Part shown: positions 18,827-28,739 of the stretch, piece after piece
Layout of the letters: each line of letters starts with the position of its first letter
How positions within the stretch are numbered: position 1 is the stretch's first letter
NCBI GenBank assembly: GCA_048882325.1
Contig: JBHLRS010000004.1
Coordinates: 49,628 to 113,627 of the forward strand
Origin: Candidatus Thorarchaeota archaeon
GTDB taxonomy: Archaea; Asgardarchaeota; Thorarchaeia; Thorarchaeales; Thorarchaeaceae
Reading direction: 5' to 3'
DNA length: 64,000 bases
The notes under the pieces: model-generated
Told to the model about the DNA's origin: nothing
The model's input: the letters and a program-made list of their open reading frames with translations, nothing else
Database searches by the model: none
Position numbers and translations under genes: made by a program

Positions 18827-19176
18827 CTATGCACCCCACTTGAAATCCGGCGGCCTGCTCAAATGAGCACACTTCCACCATATTTATCGCGGCTCGTATT
18901 TATGGGTTTGTAATTTCCCCATTATACGAGTTCCCGGCGGTTTATCGAAGGTATTACTCACATATCACACGAAGCTGAGATTTAAAGAATCTAGAAAAAC
19001 TCTCCGTGTATTCTTTCGAAAAATGCGAGACTGCATTATTCGGGATAGTCTCCGATATTTTGGAGACCAGACTCCAAAAGATGGTCGCTCTACCTCATTT
19101 GACTAGACCAGACATTTTTTAACGTGCCTCAGAGGTTTCGAGAAACCGTTGACCACCCAAGACTTGGAGTAGAGAA

Positions 19177-20511
19177 ATGATGAGCAAGAAAAAAGTCATA
19201 ATCATGGGTGCAGCTGGTAGAGATTTTCATAATTTCAATGTCTACTTCCGCGACAATGAAGACTACGAAGTCGTTGCTTTCACAGCGGAACAGATACCAG
19301 GAATTGGTGACAGAATGTACCCGCCTGAGCTCTCGGGACCACTTTATCCAAAGGGCATCAAGATCTATCCGGAGGAAGAACTTCCCGAACTCATCAAGAA
19401 GCATGAAGTTGAACAATGTATACTTGCATACTCAGACCTACCACATGAGGTCGTAGGTCATAAAATTGCGTGGGTGAATAGTCTAGGACCAGATATGCGA
19501 CTTATGGGTCCGGAAACCACGATGATAAAAAGCAAAAAGCCAGTTGTTGCAGTTTGTGCGGTAAGGACTGGTTGTGGCAAGAGTCAGACATCAAGGCGTG
19601 TGAATCAGATTCTGGTTGACATGGGCCTCAAGCCCGTCAATATCCGACATCCAATGCCTTATGACCCAGATTTGACTACTCAGATTGCCCAGCGATACGA
19701 GAAACTCGATGACATGGACAAATTCCGATGTACAATCGAAGAGCGAGAGGAATACGAACCAATTATCAACATGGGTGTGATCCTCTACGCAGGCGTTGAC
19801 TACGGTAAGATTCTGGAGCAAGCTGAAACCGAAGCAGATGTCATAACTTGGGATGGTGGAAACAATGATTTCCCATTCTACAAACCAGACCTCCTCATTG
19901 TTCTAACGGATCCTCACAGACCCAGTCATGAGATAACCTACTATCCAGGAGAAACCAACCTAAGAATGGCAGACGTTGTTGTCATCAATAAGATAGACAC
20001 TGCAGATTATGAGGATATTGAAGAGGTCAGAGAGAACATCATGATTGTCAATCCACAAGCAACGATTGTCGATGCGGCATCTCCACTCACTATCGACGAT
20101 ATGGAAAAGATTAGAGACAAACGTGTGATTGTTGTTGAGGATGGACCTACAGTCACTCATGGCGATATGCCATATGGTGCAGGTTACATAGCGGCGAGAA
20201 AGGCTGGTGCAACCATTGTTGATCCACGACCGTTCGCTGTTGGAAGTATTGAGGATACCTTTGAAAAATACTCACATCTGGAGGATGTACTCCCTGCAAT
20301 GGGATATGGTAAGAAACAGATGGATGAACTCCAAGAGACCATCAACAAGTCTGATGTTGATGCTATTATCATTGGTACTCCAATTGACCTTAATCGTGTC
20401 ATCAAAATTGACAAACCTAATGTCAGAGTGAGGTATGATCTCCAAGAGATTGGAAGACCCAATCTAGAGGATATTCTGACAGAGTTTGTGAAGAAACACA
20501 ACCTGAAGTAA
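19177..20511 (+). CDS. COG2403-family P-loop GTPase (cyclic 2,3-diphosphoglycerate synthetase-like)
   Basis: N-terminal Rossmann-like VIIMGAAGRDFHNFN, Walker A VCAVRTGCGKSQTS, and G4 VVVINKIDTAD. Size and domain order match the archaeal COG2403/cDPG synthetase family. Confidence 0.5.
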   Translation: MMSKKKVIIMGAAGRDFHNFNVYFRDNEDYEVVAFTAEQIPGIGDRMYPPELSGPLYPKGIKIYPEEELPELIKKHEVEQCILAYSDLPHEVVGHKIAWVNSLGPDMRLMGPETTMIKSKKPVVAVCAVRTGCGKSQTSRRVNQILVDMGLKPVNIRHPMPYDPDLTTQIAQRYEKLDDMDKFRCTIEEREEYEPIINMGVILYAGVDYGKILEQAETEADVITWDGGNNDFPFYKPDLLIVLTDPHRPSHEITYYPGETNLRMADVVVINKIDTADYEDIEEVRENIMIVNPQATIVDAASPLTIDDMEKIRDKRVIVVEDGPTVTHGDMPYGAGYIAARKAGATIVDPRPFAVGSIEDTFEKYSHLEDVLPAMGYGKKQMDELQETINKSDVDAIIIGTPIDLNRVIKIDKPNVRVRYDLQEIGRPNLEDILTEFVKKHNLK

Positions 20512-20530
20512 ACTATTATTTGGCAGAAGA

Positions 20531-20575
20531 AAAAAGGTTGGGAGCAGTCTAAGCTCCCAATCCGTGGTTTATCCA
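20531..20575. terminator. hairpin between convergent genes, with a T-run on the minus strand
   Basis: ttgggagc (20538-20545) and gctcccaa (20553-20560) form an 8-bp stem. On the minus strand a cttttttcttct run follows. It lies between the stops at 20511 (+) and 20569 (-). Confidence 0.45.
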
Positions 20576-21513
20576 ACCATTAGGGAATCTAGACTTGAAT
20601 CTCCACGACGGGAGCTTAGGTCCCTGTACAGGACCACAGTAAAGACCACTTGAATTGCAGTGAATAGCAAAGAGGATATTATAACTTGAACCACCAGATA
20701 GTATGGACTGAACCAGAGAAGGGATGTGACTGCAAATTCAATGACAGCGATAACAATCCCAACCAGAAACATTCCACCAAAAACATGGAAGACATTACCA
20801 CTAGTCAATTCCCAAGATTTCCTCAATGAATCAATCGCTGACAAATCTGTGTCAACAACAATAGCGGTGACAGGTGCAAATCTAATGGAAATGTAGAGTG
20901 CGAATAACCCTCCGATAAATAAATACCCCATTGCAGCCAGCATCGTTTCCATAGCGCCCGGCGATATGATTGGATTGAATGGATCCGATATGTCAATGCC
21001 AGCTAGTGCCCGAGCAAAAAGTATGAAAGCGGGTGTAAGAACTCCAGTGACTAGAATCGTGGTTATTATTCTTACAAGTATAATATTCAAAGTCTTCCCA
21101 GTAGCGTAGGAAAAACTTGTTCCAACATCCGCAACCTGTTCTCCGCCGTAATCATCTAGAGCGAATTTGGTTCCAGCTCCAGTTATCCAAGCGTTGACAA
21201 TGAATGCTACAGTGGCAAACACGACTGACACAATAATCAAGTCCACAATTGGCAGTGTTGAGAAAGAGAAAAGGTTGAAAATGTAAGACAGTGGGTTTGT
21301 CGCGATAGTTCCAATCAAGCCAAAAATCACTGATAGTATAAGGAAAGAAGCAACAGCAAGTGCCACCCCTGCCAACCCGACAATTATGATATATTGGACT
21401 AGTTTGCGTGTCCACAAATTGAATGTTCTTGACACAAGGCCAGTAGCACTCACTTCATAAGAGCCAGTACGAGCCTGAGATGGGTCTAATCCTAAGTCGT
21501 CTTCAAATGCCAT
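20569..21513 (-). CDS. polytopic membrane protein of unknown function
   Basis: Six or more hydrophobic helices and no catalytic motif that I recognise. Confidence 0.45.
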   Translation of the reverse strand: MAFEDDLGLDPSQARTGSYEVSATGLVSRTFNLWTRKLVQYIIIVGLAGVALAVASFLILSVIFGLIGTIATNPLSYIFNLFSFSTLPIVDLIIVSVVFATVAFIVNAWITGAGTKFALDDYGGEQVADVGTSFSYATGKTLNIILVRIITTILVTGVLTPAFILFARALAGIDISDPFNPIISPGAMETMLAAMGYLFIGGLFALYISIRFAPVTAIVVDTDLSAIDSLRKSWELTSGNVFHVFGGMFLVGIVIAVIEFAVTSLLWFSPYYLVVQVIISSLLFTAIQVVFTVVLYRDLSSRRGDSSLDSLMVG

Positions 21514-21587
21514 GTGAAATCCTCCTCACACTATGACTTTACTTGCCTTTCGTTATAATTGCTCCGTATAGACTAGATGTCAATCAC

Positions 21588-23183
21588 TTACGCTGGCTTG
21601 GGTCTATTGTCAATAATCTCCATGAACTTCATGCCACCAGCTCTTTCGACCAATTCCTCAAAACCAATTATCGTCACACCTGGAGTGACCTCTGTGTTTG
21701 TCTTTGTTGTCTTCTGAATCTCCAGAATTAGGGACTTGTAATCATCAGTGACGGGACCTCTGGGAGCAATATAGACATTCAACACATCCATGCTATACGG
21801 GTCAGACATATCCTCCTTCGCAACCTCAATTTGAACTTCCTCAACCTGACTGATTGCTAGTAGCATCTCTCTGAGTGCAGTCAGATTCACCGTTGCACCC
21901 TTGATCTTTTTCTCACTTATACCCATGATTTCAATCTGAGCCTGAGTATCATTGGTTCGACCAATATTCCAGAAGAAGGGGCCATCAAATTCGCAGTGAG
22001 GACACTTTCCTTTCTCCTGATGCGAAGCTACATCACCGAGGAGAAATCCTTCAAAAACGGTCCCAGTTCCATCCAGATGGAACAGACACATATGACCTGA
22101 TTCGTCATCACCTACGAAGTCATAGGTACCATCATCATTAAACTTAACCAGTTCAAATGCAAGCATGAGAGGGGAAACGTTGTGATATGGTCCATGACGC
22201 TCACATTGAACTGCAAATGATATCTTACTTTCAGATGATGCGTATCCACCAACCACTCTTACATCTTTTGCACCCTTCTCGGTCAGAGTGGCAACCATGT
22301 CATCGACTACTGGTTCGTAGATCTTCTCGCCAGCAAGCAACATGACACACTTCTCTGGAGCTTCATAGTCTTTAGCCTCTTTCATTGTTCTGAAGAACCT
22401 GTTTCGAAGATAGCTCGGCATACCAGCAAATCCATTTACCTTGAACAGTCCAGCAAGCTCAACGAGTCTTTCGCTTGGAATCGCACCACCAGCACTTGTA
22501 GCAACATAGAACTTTGACATCTGCTTTAGACCTAAATTGACAGCGTGCCAACCGAGATGTGGTGCATACGGAAATAAGTTCATACTTGTAAGCTCCCAAC
22601 TACTATCAACATAGGGATCAATGGCCATTTGACCAACCTTCACACAGTTCTTGTACAACAAATCGTTGTCATATCGAGTTAGGAAGACAGGAGAGGGCAA
22701 TCCAGAGGCCCTTCCTGAACTGAACCAGAATTGAAGTGGCGAGAACTGATAGGTTGCTCGTTCTTTCAACCGATAAGTTGCAGCTGCTCTACCAATACCA
22801 AGCTTTACCCTCGCGCCGTTATTTCGAATGAATTTTGCAAGCTCCCTATGACCTGCTTCATTTGCGTATTTCATGAGGTTTCCAATAGCTTCAGAAGAAT
22901 CACGTGGCTTACCATCAACTTCTGTAGGATTAAGGACGAACTTCTGAATGTTATCACGATAATCAATCTTCTTGACAAGTGGTATGTTGTATTTTGCCCA
23001 GTCCTCGATGCACGTGATATTGAAGGGGTCAATATCGTTGTTCTTGAACATCTGTCGGTAGTATTTGTGGTTAGGCCACACCTGATACCGAATGAATGCC
23101 CTAAACTTCTTGTCTTGAATCTCCTTGATTTCGCGATGATTAGTTCTCTTTAACTCCCGAAAGGTGAATGTATCTTTAGTCAT
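21588..23183 (-). CDS. adenylate-forming enzyme of the PaaK / coenzyme F390 synthetase-like (COG1541) family
   Basis: FSSGRASGLPSPVFLT corresponds to the (S/T)SGTTGKP AMP-binding P-loop. The length and C-terminal small domain fit phenylacetate-CoA-ligase-like enzymes. Confidence 0.45.
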   Translation of the reverse strand: MTKDTFTFRELKRTNHREIKEIQDKKFRAFIRYQVWPNHKYYRQMFKNNDIDPFNITCIEDWAKYNIPLVKKIDYRDNIQKFVLNPTEVDGKPRDSSEAIGNLMKYANEAGHRELAKFIRNNGARVKLGIGRAAATYRLKERATYQFSPLQFWFSSGRASGLPSPVFLTRYDNDLLYKNCVKVGQMAIDPYVDSSWELTSMNLFPYAPHLGWHAVNLGLKQMSKFYVATSAGGAIPSERLVELAGLFKVNGFAGMPSYLRNRFFRTMKEAKDYEAPEKCVMLLAGEKIYEPVVDDMVATLTEKGAKDVRVVGGYASSESKISFAVQCERHGPYHNVSPLMLAFELVKFNDDGTYDFVGDDESGHMCLFHLDGTGTVFEGFLLGDVASHQEKGKCPHCEFDGPFFWNIGRTNDTQAQIEIMGISEKKIKGATVNLTALREMLLAISQVEEVQIEVAKEDMSDPYSMDVLNVYIAPRGPVTDDYKSLILEIQKTTKTNTEVTPGVTIIGFEELVERAGGMKFMEIIDNRPKPA

Positions 23184-23348
23184 CCTACAGTCTCCATGAC
23201 AAACGTATAGTCAGAGGCGCGCAGCAACCCGACATAAGAAAGTTGTGAGTGATATTTACAAAGGAAATACACGCCTTTAAGGGTCTGAAGTAGAAACCCA
23301 TAATAGATAACTACACAGAAGACAAACGTCTATGACCACTGGTCAGGA

Positions 23349-23789
23349 GTGATTTCATTGTCAGAAGCTGACGAAAAACTACAGAAAGGCATCATTGAAC
23401 TGGACAAAGGAAACGACAAGAAGGCATTTAGCCTTTTCAAAGAAGTCTTTGAAGAGAGACAGGGAAGACTCCTGAAGAAAGTGCAGGATAATCCGAAGTC
23501 ACCAACTTTGATGCTAGACGCACTTTACATGGTTCACAGCCTTGTATGGCTTAGAGTGGCTGAGGCTGGGAAAGAGAAGAAGCACAGTGTTGAACTTCTT
23601 GGTAAAGCTGTGGGAACTGTTGAGGCTGCCCGAACTGCATTGGGACCACTTGTCACAGGTCTCGCCCAGTGGGCGAAGGAGAAGAATATCAAGGTGGTCC
23701 ATAACAAAGCATTGGGACTTCTTGCAGCAACAAAAGATCTTGAAGATATGGCAAAGAAGGCTCTTGAAGCAAGCAGAAAAATGGCTTAG
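23349..23789 (+). CDS. small helical hypothetical protein
   Basis: ORF only. It lies between convergent and divergent neighbours and overlaps an antisense ORF, and I chose the + frame for its cleaner helical periodicity. Confidence 0.25.
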   Translation: MISLSEADEKLQKGIIELDKGNDKKAFSLFKEVFEERQGRLLKKVQDNPKSPTLMLDALYMVHSLVWLRVAEAGKEKKHSVELLGKAVGTVEAARTALGPLVTGLAQWAKEKNIKVVHNKALGLLAATKDLEDMAKKALEASRKMA

Positions 23790-23823
23790 ATGACAAGTCA
23801 ATTCTGAAAATGAAGACACTCCA

Positions 23824-24168
23824 TCAAAAGTCATTCTTATTCATATACTGAGACCATTCCTCGACTGGAAATCTTTCCTCCATTATTTCTAGCTCAGATA
23901 GTACAGCTGATTGGAGATCCACACCAAATGAACTAGCAATCTGCATGAAGAGATTGAAGGACTGAGCAAATTCGCGAGCAATCTCATCTTCCTTTGGAGC
24001 TTTGTGTCCCAATCCAATCACTTTGTACCCCTCTTTCACAGTGATATGACGCGATATTTCACCAAGTTCCTCAATGAGATGAGCAAACACTAGTGAAGCT
24101 GGAAATTTGTCCCATCCACGCGCTTTGTCAAACTTGTCAAGTTTGTCTTGAATTTCTCGGAGATGCAT
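23824..24168 (-). CDS. mazG: MazG-like nucleotide pyrophosphohydrolase
   Basis: WDKF...L...L.EE.GE and E.aDvL motifs (ARGWDKFPASLVFAHLIEELGEISR ... EDEIAREFAQSF) in a ~115-aa all-alpha protein. Confidence 0.65.
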   Translation of the reverse strand: MHLREIQDKLDKFDKARGWDKFPASLVFAHLIEELGEISRHITVKEGYKVIGLGHKAPKEDEIAREFAQSFNLFMQIASSFGVDLQSAVLSELEIMEERFPVEEWSQYMNKNDF

Positions 24169-24879
24169 CTATATCATCCTCTTTGTGATCAGTAAAACCT
24201 GAGCCCGGGCTTGATCCAACGCAGATGCAGGAGGACTCTTCATAGGTCCTAGAGGTGTGTCCATGGGGAGTGACCCACCTCCAAGAAACATGGCTTCACT
24301 AACTATACCCATCATCTCAACAGGAGGAAGAACAGCACAGGCTAGTTTTGCTCCAGTCTTTACATCTTGGATATTCGTCACAATCTTCCAAATTCTTGTT
24401 CCATCAGTACAACGACATTCGATAAGGTTTTTCGAGTCCGGTACAGGTTGTGTTTGACTGACTTCCACAGCAAGAATGTCTACTGCATGAGCAGGTTCAT
24501 CATCGAACTCCTGAAGTTTTTCGATCAGCGCCTCAACAATTCGAAATGAATAGAAAACTTCTGCCAGAGTCAGAGATTCTTTCAGAGTTACAGGTTTGTA
24601 TCCAGATGTTTTGATAGAGTCCTCAAGGATGCTACGGAACTCAGCAATGCTTTCAACAATCTTCTTTGTTGCATCAAGTTCAGCCACATTACCTGCAGGC
24701 ACATAAGAGTACTTGACCTCATATATCAAACTGCTTGCTTGTTGAAGAGTCGTTCCAAGTTTTGAGTAGTCCACATGAAATTTTAGCTTCCTGTTCCCCA
24801 TCGTTTCATGCAGACGTCTTAGTGCATCTTCAAGCACGAGTAGCCTAGCATCCTTCGCAGTATCCACGAGAGTCACCAT
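24169..24879 (-). CDS. tRNA-binding (Trbp111/CsaA/EMAP-type OB) domain protein with an N-terminal extension
   Basis: C-terminal VDILAVEVSQTQPVPDSKNLIECRCTDGTRIWKIVTNIQDVKTGAKLACAVLPPVEMMGIVSEAMFLG follows the D..VG.I...H..PD...KL..C.VD.G....QIV....G.ESEGM pattern. Confidence 0.55.
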   Translation of the reverse strand: MVTLVDTAKDARLLVLEDALRRLHETMGNRKLKFHVDYSKLGTTLQQASSLIYEVKYSYVPAGNVAELDATKKIVESIAEFRSILEDSIKTSGYKPVTLKESLTLAEVFYSFRIVEALIEKLQEFDDEPAHAVDILAVEVSQTQPVPDSKNLIECRCTDGTRIWKIVTNIQDVKTGAKLACAVLPPVEMMGIVSEAMFLGGGSLPMDTPLGPMKSPPASALDQARAQVLLITKRMI

Positions 24880-24997
24880 TTGTTATGATTCAGAGGCTCC
24901 AGATAAACCTCTCTCAATAGAAGGAGGAGGCCACACGAAGTGATATAAAGATAGGCGCAATAGTCCAGAAAGATTTCAGCAGTGGGAGCTACGCACC

Positions 24998-25609
24998 TTG
25001 ATACAAGCCGTGTACATCCTGATTGCCGACAGCGGCCTTTGTGTCCTCGACAGGAAATATGGCGAGGCAGATATGGATCCCAATCTAATTAGTGGGTTTC
25101 TTACGGCTCTGATACAATTTGGACGTGAACTCAGTGACGGAAACCGAGTTCATGTTATTGATTTTGGTGCATTCGATATTTGCCTCTCGTTGAAAAACAA
25201 CGTAATTGTCGCAGCTTCAGTTGACAAGGTTGATGATGGGAACGCTGCTATGGCGGTCCTCAGCGAGGTCAATAATGCATTCACAAAGCAATTCGGAAAC
25301 ATGCTCCAAGAGTGGGACGGTAATCTCGAACCGTTTGAATCATTCCACTCAAAACTTGATGATATCACAAAGGAAGGTCATGCATCTGAAACCAAAATCG
25401 TGGTTCCAGTTCTCACTGGAAAGGTCAATCCCATGCTTGTAAGATTAGGACAGATGAGTCAGGTAACTTTCGATGTCGCTAAGAAGTGTGATGGAAAACT
25501 CACAACAAGGGATATTGCTGACCAACTGGGAATGCATATGAAAGAGGTTCAGAAATCACTCCATACTCTTGAGGACATGAAAATCCTCGAATGGAAAGAG
25601 ATTGGATAA
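24998..25609 (+). CDS. roadblock/longin-like N-domain fused to a C-terminal winged helix
   Basis: The N-terminal ~110 aa (ILIADSGLCVLDRKYGE...LISGFLTALIQFGRELSDGNRVHVIDFGAFDICLSLKNNVIVAASVDKVDDGNAAMAVLSEV) follow the roadblock/LC7 or longin pattern. The C-terminal KLTTRDIADQLGMHMKEVQKSLHTLEDMKILEW looks like a wHTH. Confidence 0.35.
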   Translation: MIQAVYILIADSGLCVLDRKYGEADMDPNLISGFLTALIQFGRELSDGNRVHVIDFGAFDICLSLKNNVIVAASVDKVDDGNAAMAVLSEVNNAFTKQFGNMLQEWDGNLEPFESFHSKLDDITKEGHASETKIVVPVLTGKVNPMLVRLGQMSQVTFDVAKKCDGKLTTRDIADQLGMHMKEVQKSLHTLEDMKILEWKEIG

Positions 25610-25672
25610 GACCTGGCTATATCCAACTTGTTGTTTGTTCTTTTTTAATTGAGTGAGGAGCTGATCTGCTAA

Positions 25673-26380
25673 TTATGATGATTGACCCCACTCATTACCA
25701 ACTGCAATCAGAATGAGTCCGATTACTATCAGACCAGGTGCTAGAACTCCAGGAATTGTAGTACTATTAAACACCAGATCTCTCAGAAGATAGCGTCCAG
25801 CGTGAACTACTCTTCCTGCGAATAACACAAAGAATCCTAACCCAAGAAATAGGTTAGACTTTCGTAGATTGCCACCAGACTGCCATGCAAGATACCAAAA
25901 CAGAAGCGGTATGAAGAGGGCATAAACTGCTCCTGCTGAACCTGAGAGAAGGACTCTTGTTGTGGAGTCAAATGGGACAAACCCAAGAAGAATGCCGATT
26001 CCTACCGCAGGTATTGCGAATCCGATTTGGGCCCATCTCTTTCCAATTATCATGAAACCAGCAGTGGCTGACAGTAAGGCTAATGCCATCCATTGGAAGA
26101 ATGCTCCAGCCATCAGCCAGAATGAAGATTCACCGAGGTATGGAAGTTCACCCGCCAAGATTCCCGTTAGACTCTGGGTGTCTGCGTAGAAATCACCTAC
26201 GAAATAGAAGCAACGTCCAATCGCCAAGAGAAGGAAGAATAATGACATCGCAAACTGGAAAGGATTTCCAGATTTCCTCCATCTTCGGCCCAGAAATATG
26301 AAGAGAAAGAAGTAGTATCCTACTACTAAGAACCACAATCCTGCGTGGACTTCTCGAATAATGATCTCAGCTGGCTGCAT
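25673..26380 (-). CDS. polytopic membrane protein of unknown function
   Basis: Seven or more hydrophobic helices and no motif. Confidence 0.45.
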   Translation of the reverse strand: MQPAEIIIREVHAGLWFLVVGYYFFLFIFLGRRWRKSGNPFQFAMSLFFLLLAIGRCFYFVGDFYADTQSLTGILAGELPYLGESSFWLMAGAFFQWMALALLSATAGFMIIGKRWAQIGFAIPAVGIGILLGFVPFDSTTRVLLSGSAGAVYALFIPLLFWYLAWQSGGNLRKSNLFLGLGFFVLFAGRVVHAGRYLLRDLVFNSTTIPGVLAPGLIVIGLILIAVGNEWGQSS

Positions 26381-26459
26381 CCTTAAGACTCCATCCTAAA
26401 CCTTCTGAAACTTGAACGGTGCGCCGGCAAATAAAGATATTCCGCTCTTGTAAAACCGT

Positions 26460-26921
26460 GTGATACGCCCAGACAAGTTCTATATTTGCATGAAAGATGT
26501 AATCCCTTGTTGTGAGATGAACTCAGGACCAACATGGAAACTACACAGGAATGAATCTGATATAGAAGAGTTCATCGACGTCCGTAGGAAGGTGGGAAAC
26601 CAGATAATTCGTGACTACCTGTTGGACAATGTTGTAAAAGACAACAAAATCAAAAGGATACCAGGAAAACTTCGAGGGCCAAAGAATGAATTTAAGGACC
26701 TGGCGAAATTTCTCATTCTAGAAATCTCATTGGAAGGAAAGAAAGTACGTTTTCTAGCGGAAGCTGGAGTATATGAGAACTTGAGAATTGTGGCTGTTGA
26801 TTCAGATTTTCTTGCAGATCAAAGCAAAGAGGACCTGATACGGATATTCACTGAAGCTCTTGAAAGTCCAGATCTGTATGACACTTCTGTTGTTCTTAGC
26901 GATGATTCAGAAGTCAGGTGA
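26460..26921 (+). CDS. hypothetical protein
   Basis: ORF only. The start is uncertain, with an alternative at MKDVIPCC. A small CPICSK-containing ORF follows directly at 26931..27125. Confidence 0.3.
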   Translation: MIRPDKFYICMKDVIPCCEMNSGPTWKLHRNESDIEEFIDVRRKVGNQIIRDYLLDNVVKDNKIKRIPGKLRGPKNEFKDLAKFLILEISLEGKKVRFLAEAGVYENLRIVAVDSDFLADQSKEDLIRIFTEALESPDLYDTSVVLSDDSEVR

Positions 26922-27126
26922 GTGAGACCCATGACCTTCGAAAGATATGCAAAGTGCCCTATATGTAGTAAACGGACAGTCCTGAGAGTACCTCCAGATG
27001 TACTCGACAAAGCAGAGAGATTTCCCTTCACGGTGAAAGTCAAGCATGATGATCATTATTTCTATATCAATCTTGATAGTCAAGCTTGGATAACGGACAT
27101 ATTACACCCTGAACTTGTTGAGTGAC

Positions 27127-27942
27127 TCACCCAATATATCTGTCAGAGGGACTGGTATCGTCACTAGCAATTGGACCTTTCTGAGCAATCTCATCCTTTG
27201 CCCACTCGATGAATTCAACCACCTTCTCGACTTCAGTGTCAATAACATCAAAATGAGCTTTAATCCCCACAAGGTCCGTGAGTCGATCGAGTAGGACTCT
27301 TGCAGCACGGAAGTCTGCTTTTATCACGCCCATAGTTTCGCCCAAGAGACATGCACCTTCCATATTGTAGATGGAGGCAGCCCAATTGGGAATGATTCCA
27401 TTTGCTCCAACAACAACGCCTTCCTCTGTGGCAATCATTCCATCAGCCTGTGAAATCTTGTCAAGAAAGTCCTGTGAGCTTGCAGAGATATAAACACGAG
27501 GAGGTGCAGGAAATGAGCCAAAGTATTCCTGATATCCCTGTTCATATGCAGCAAGCGAATACATCTCTTTCACACCAAGTCTAGAGAACTCGTTGGCAAC
27601 ATAATCTGCATACTCGAATACACCGGTTCCTGAAGCTGGTTGAAAATCAGCAGTCAATGTGAGAAGGTCATGAGGTTCATCTGGTGCTGCTCTATAAAGA
27701 AATATTGAAGAAGTTGGTACCCGTGAGATTCCCTTAGATACGAGAACACGAGGGGGAAAATCGTTACTGAAGAAGTCCATGACATGTTTTGCATCAAGCA
27801 CCCTTGTGAGTGTCTGAATAGCGATTCTTCCAACATTGGCAATTCCTGGTAGTCCAACTATACCAATGGGGGATTTCAAAGACGATGCGTCAACATCCAT
27901 GAACCGTCGAGTAAACATAACTAAAGGAGGAATTGAACCCAT
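27127..27942 (-). CDS. PAC2-family proteasome assembly chaperone-like protein
   Basis: N-terminal IVGLPGIANVGRIAIQTL matches the conserved GFPG.G.VG motif of archaeal/eukaryotic PAC2 (DUF75), and the length is ~270 aa. Confidence 0.65.
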   Translation of the reverse strand: MGSIPPLVMFTRRFMDVDASSLKSPIGIVGLPGIANVGRIAIQTLTRVLDAKHVMDFFSNDFPPRVLVSKGISRVPTSSIFLYRAAPDEPHDLLTLTADFQPASGTGVFEYADYVANEFSRLGVKEMYSLAAYEQGYQEYFGSFPAPPRVYISASSQDFLDKISQADGMIATEEGVVVGANGIIPNWAASIYNMEGACLLGETMGVIKADFRAARVLLDRLTDLVGIKAHFDVIDTEVEKVVEFIEWAKDEIAQKGPIASDDTSPSDRYIG

Positions 27943-27965
27943 TTGGTACTTTGGGTGAGGGAGTT

Positions 27966-28718
27966 CTAAAGTCTATAGAATTTGAACGCATTCCGAGTAG
28001 TCTGTTTTGCAATATCACTTTTGGACTGATCCAATAAATCACTAAGAGTTTCAACGCCAAACAGGATGTTAGCGGGTTCATTTCTCTCAGATGTTGGTGA
28101 GAGGTATGGACCATCTGTTTCAAGAAGAATTTGCTCAAGCGGTAGGATAGTGGCGGCATCTTTTCTGTTCCGATATTTCCCAAAATTAGCAGGAAGTGTG
28201 ATGAACCAACCATTATCAGCCACTCTCCTGGCGGCCTCGGAAGATCCATCAAAACAGTGCATAAGGACAACTCCAGTGAACTCCTTCTCAAGAATTTCAG
28301 TGGCGCGATCTTCCGCTTTTCGAGCGTGAATTACAATGGGAAGTTCTAGCTCTGTTGCAAGATTGATGAACATCTGAAACAGAGGTTCTTGGTTCATTCG
28401 ACCTCGTTGATCTTTGATCCAGTAATAGTCCAATCCCACCTCACCCACTGCAACAATTTCGTTTGCATATTTCCTTGTGAGTGCAATGATTTTATCAGCT
28501 TCCTCCTTGGTGAGCTGAGACACGCTACAACCTGCTGAATGGTGCACAAATCCGCGGTGCTTCTTGACAATACCCAGTGTTCGACGGAATGATGCTGACC
28601 CGATTGAGCTAGATACCATGCCCAAAAGTCCAGCCTCTTTTGCTCTCTGTATGACTCGTTCTCTGTCATTCTTGAAATGATTCATATCGATATGTGTGTG
28701 GGAATCGAACAAGTCCAT
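27966..28718 (-). CDS. tatD: TatD-family metal-dependent hydrolase (DNase)
   Basis: The full TatD motif set is present: LFDSHTHID N-terminus, GEVGLDYY, IHAR, MHCFDGS, and LETDGPYLSP. Confidence 0.85.
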   Translation of the reverse strand: MDLFDSHTHIDMNHFKNDRERVIQRAKEAGLLGMVSSSIGSASFRRTLGIVKKHRGFVHHSAGCSVSQLTKEEADKIIALTRKYANEIVAVGEVGLDYYWIKDQRGRMNQEPLFQMFINLATELELPIVIHARKAEDRATEILEKEFTGVVLMHCFDGSSEAARRVADNGWFITLPANFGKYRNRKDAATILPLEQILLETDGPYLSPTSERNEPANILFGVETLSDLLDQSKSDIAKQTTRNAFKFYRL

Positions 28719-28739
28719 GATGTGAGCACGCTCAATGGT

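Noticed and set aside
18827-19176. Possible small RNA gene in the 350-nt intergenic region upstream of the COG2403 GTPase
   Set aside because: There are only short hairpins (gtctcc/ggagac; ggtttc/gaaacc) and a duplicated ccggcgg heptamer. There is no tRNA-like or RNase P/SRP-like structure that I can support, so I left it unannotated.
26922-27125. Tracked 67-aa ORF starting with 'M' at 26922
   Set aside because: The first codon is GTG, directly abutting the previous stop. The real start, if the gene is real, is more likely the ATG at 26931. It has only one CPICSK half-motif, so it is too weak to call a zinc ribbon. I mention it under 26460..26921 rather than list it as a separate feature.
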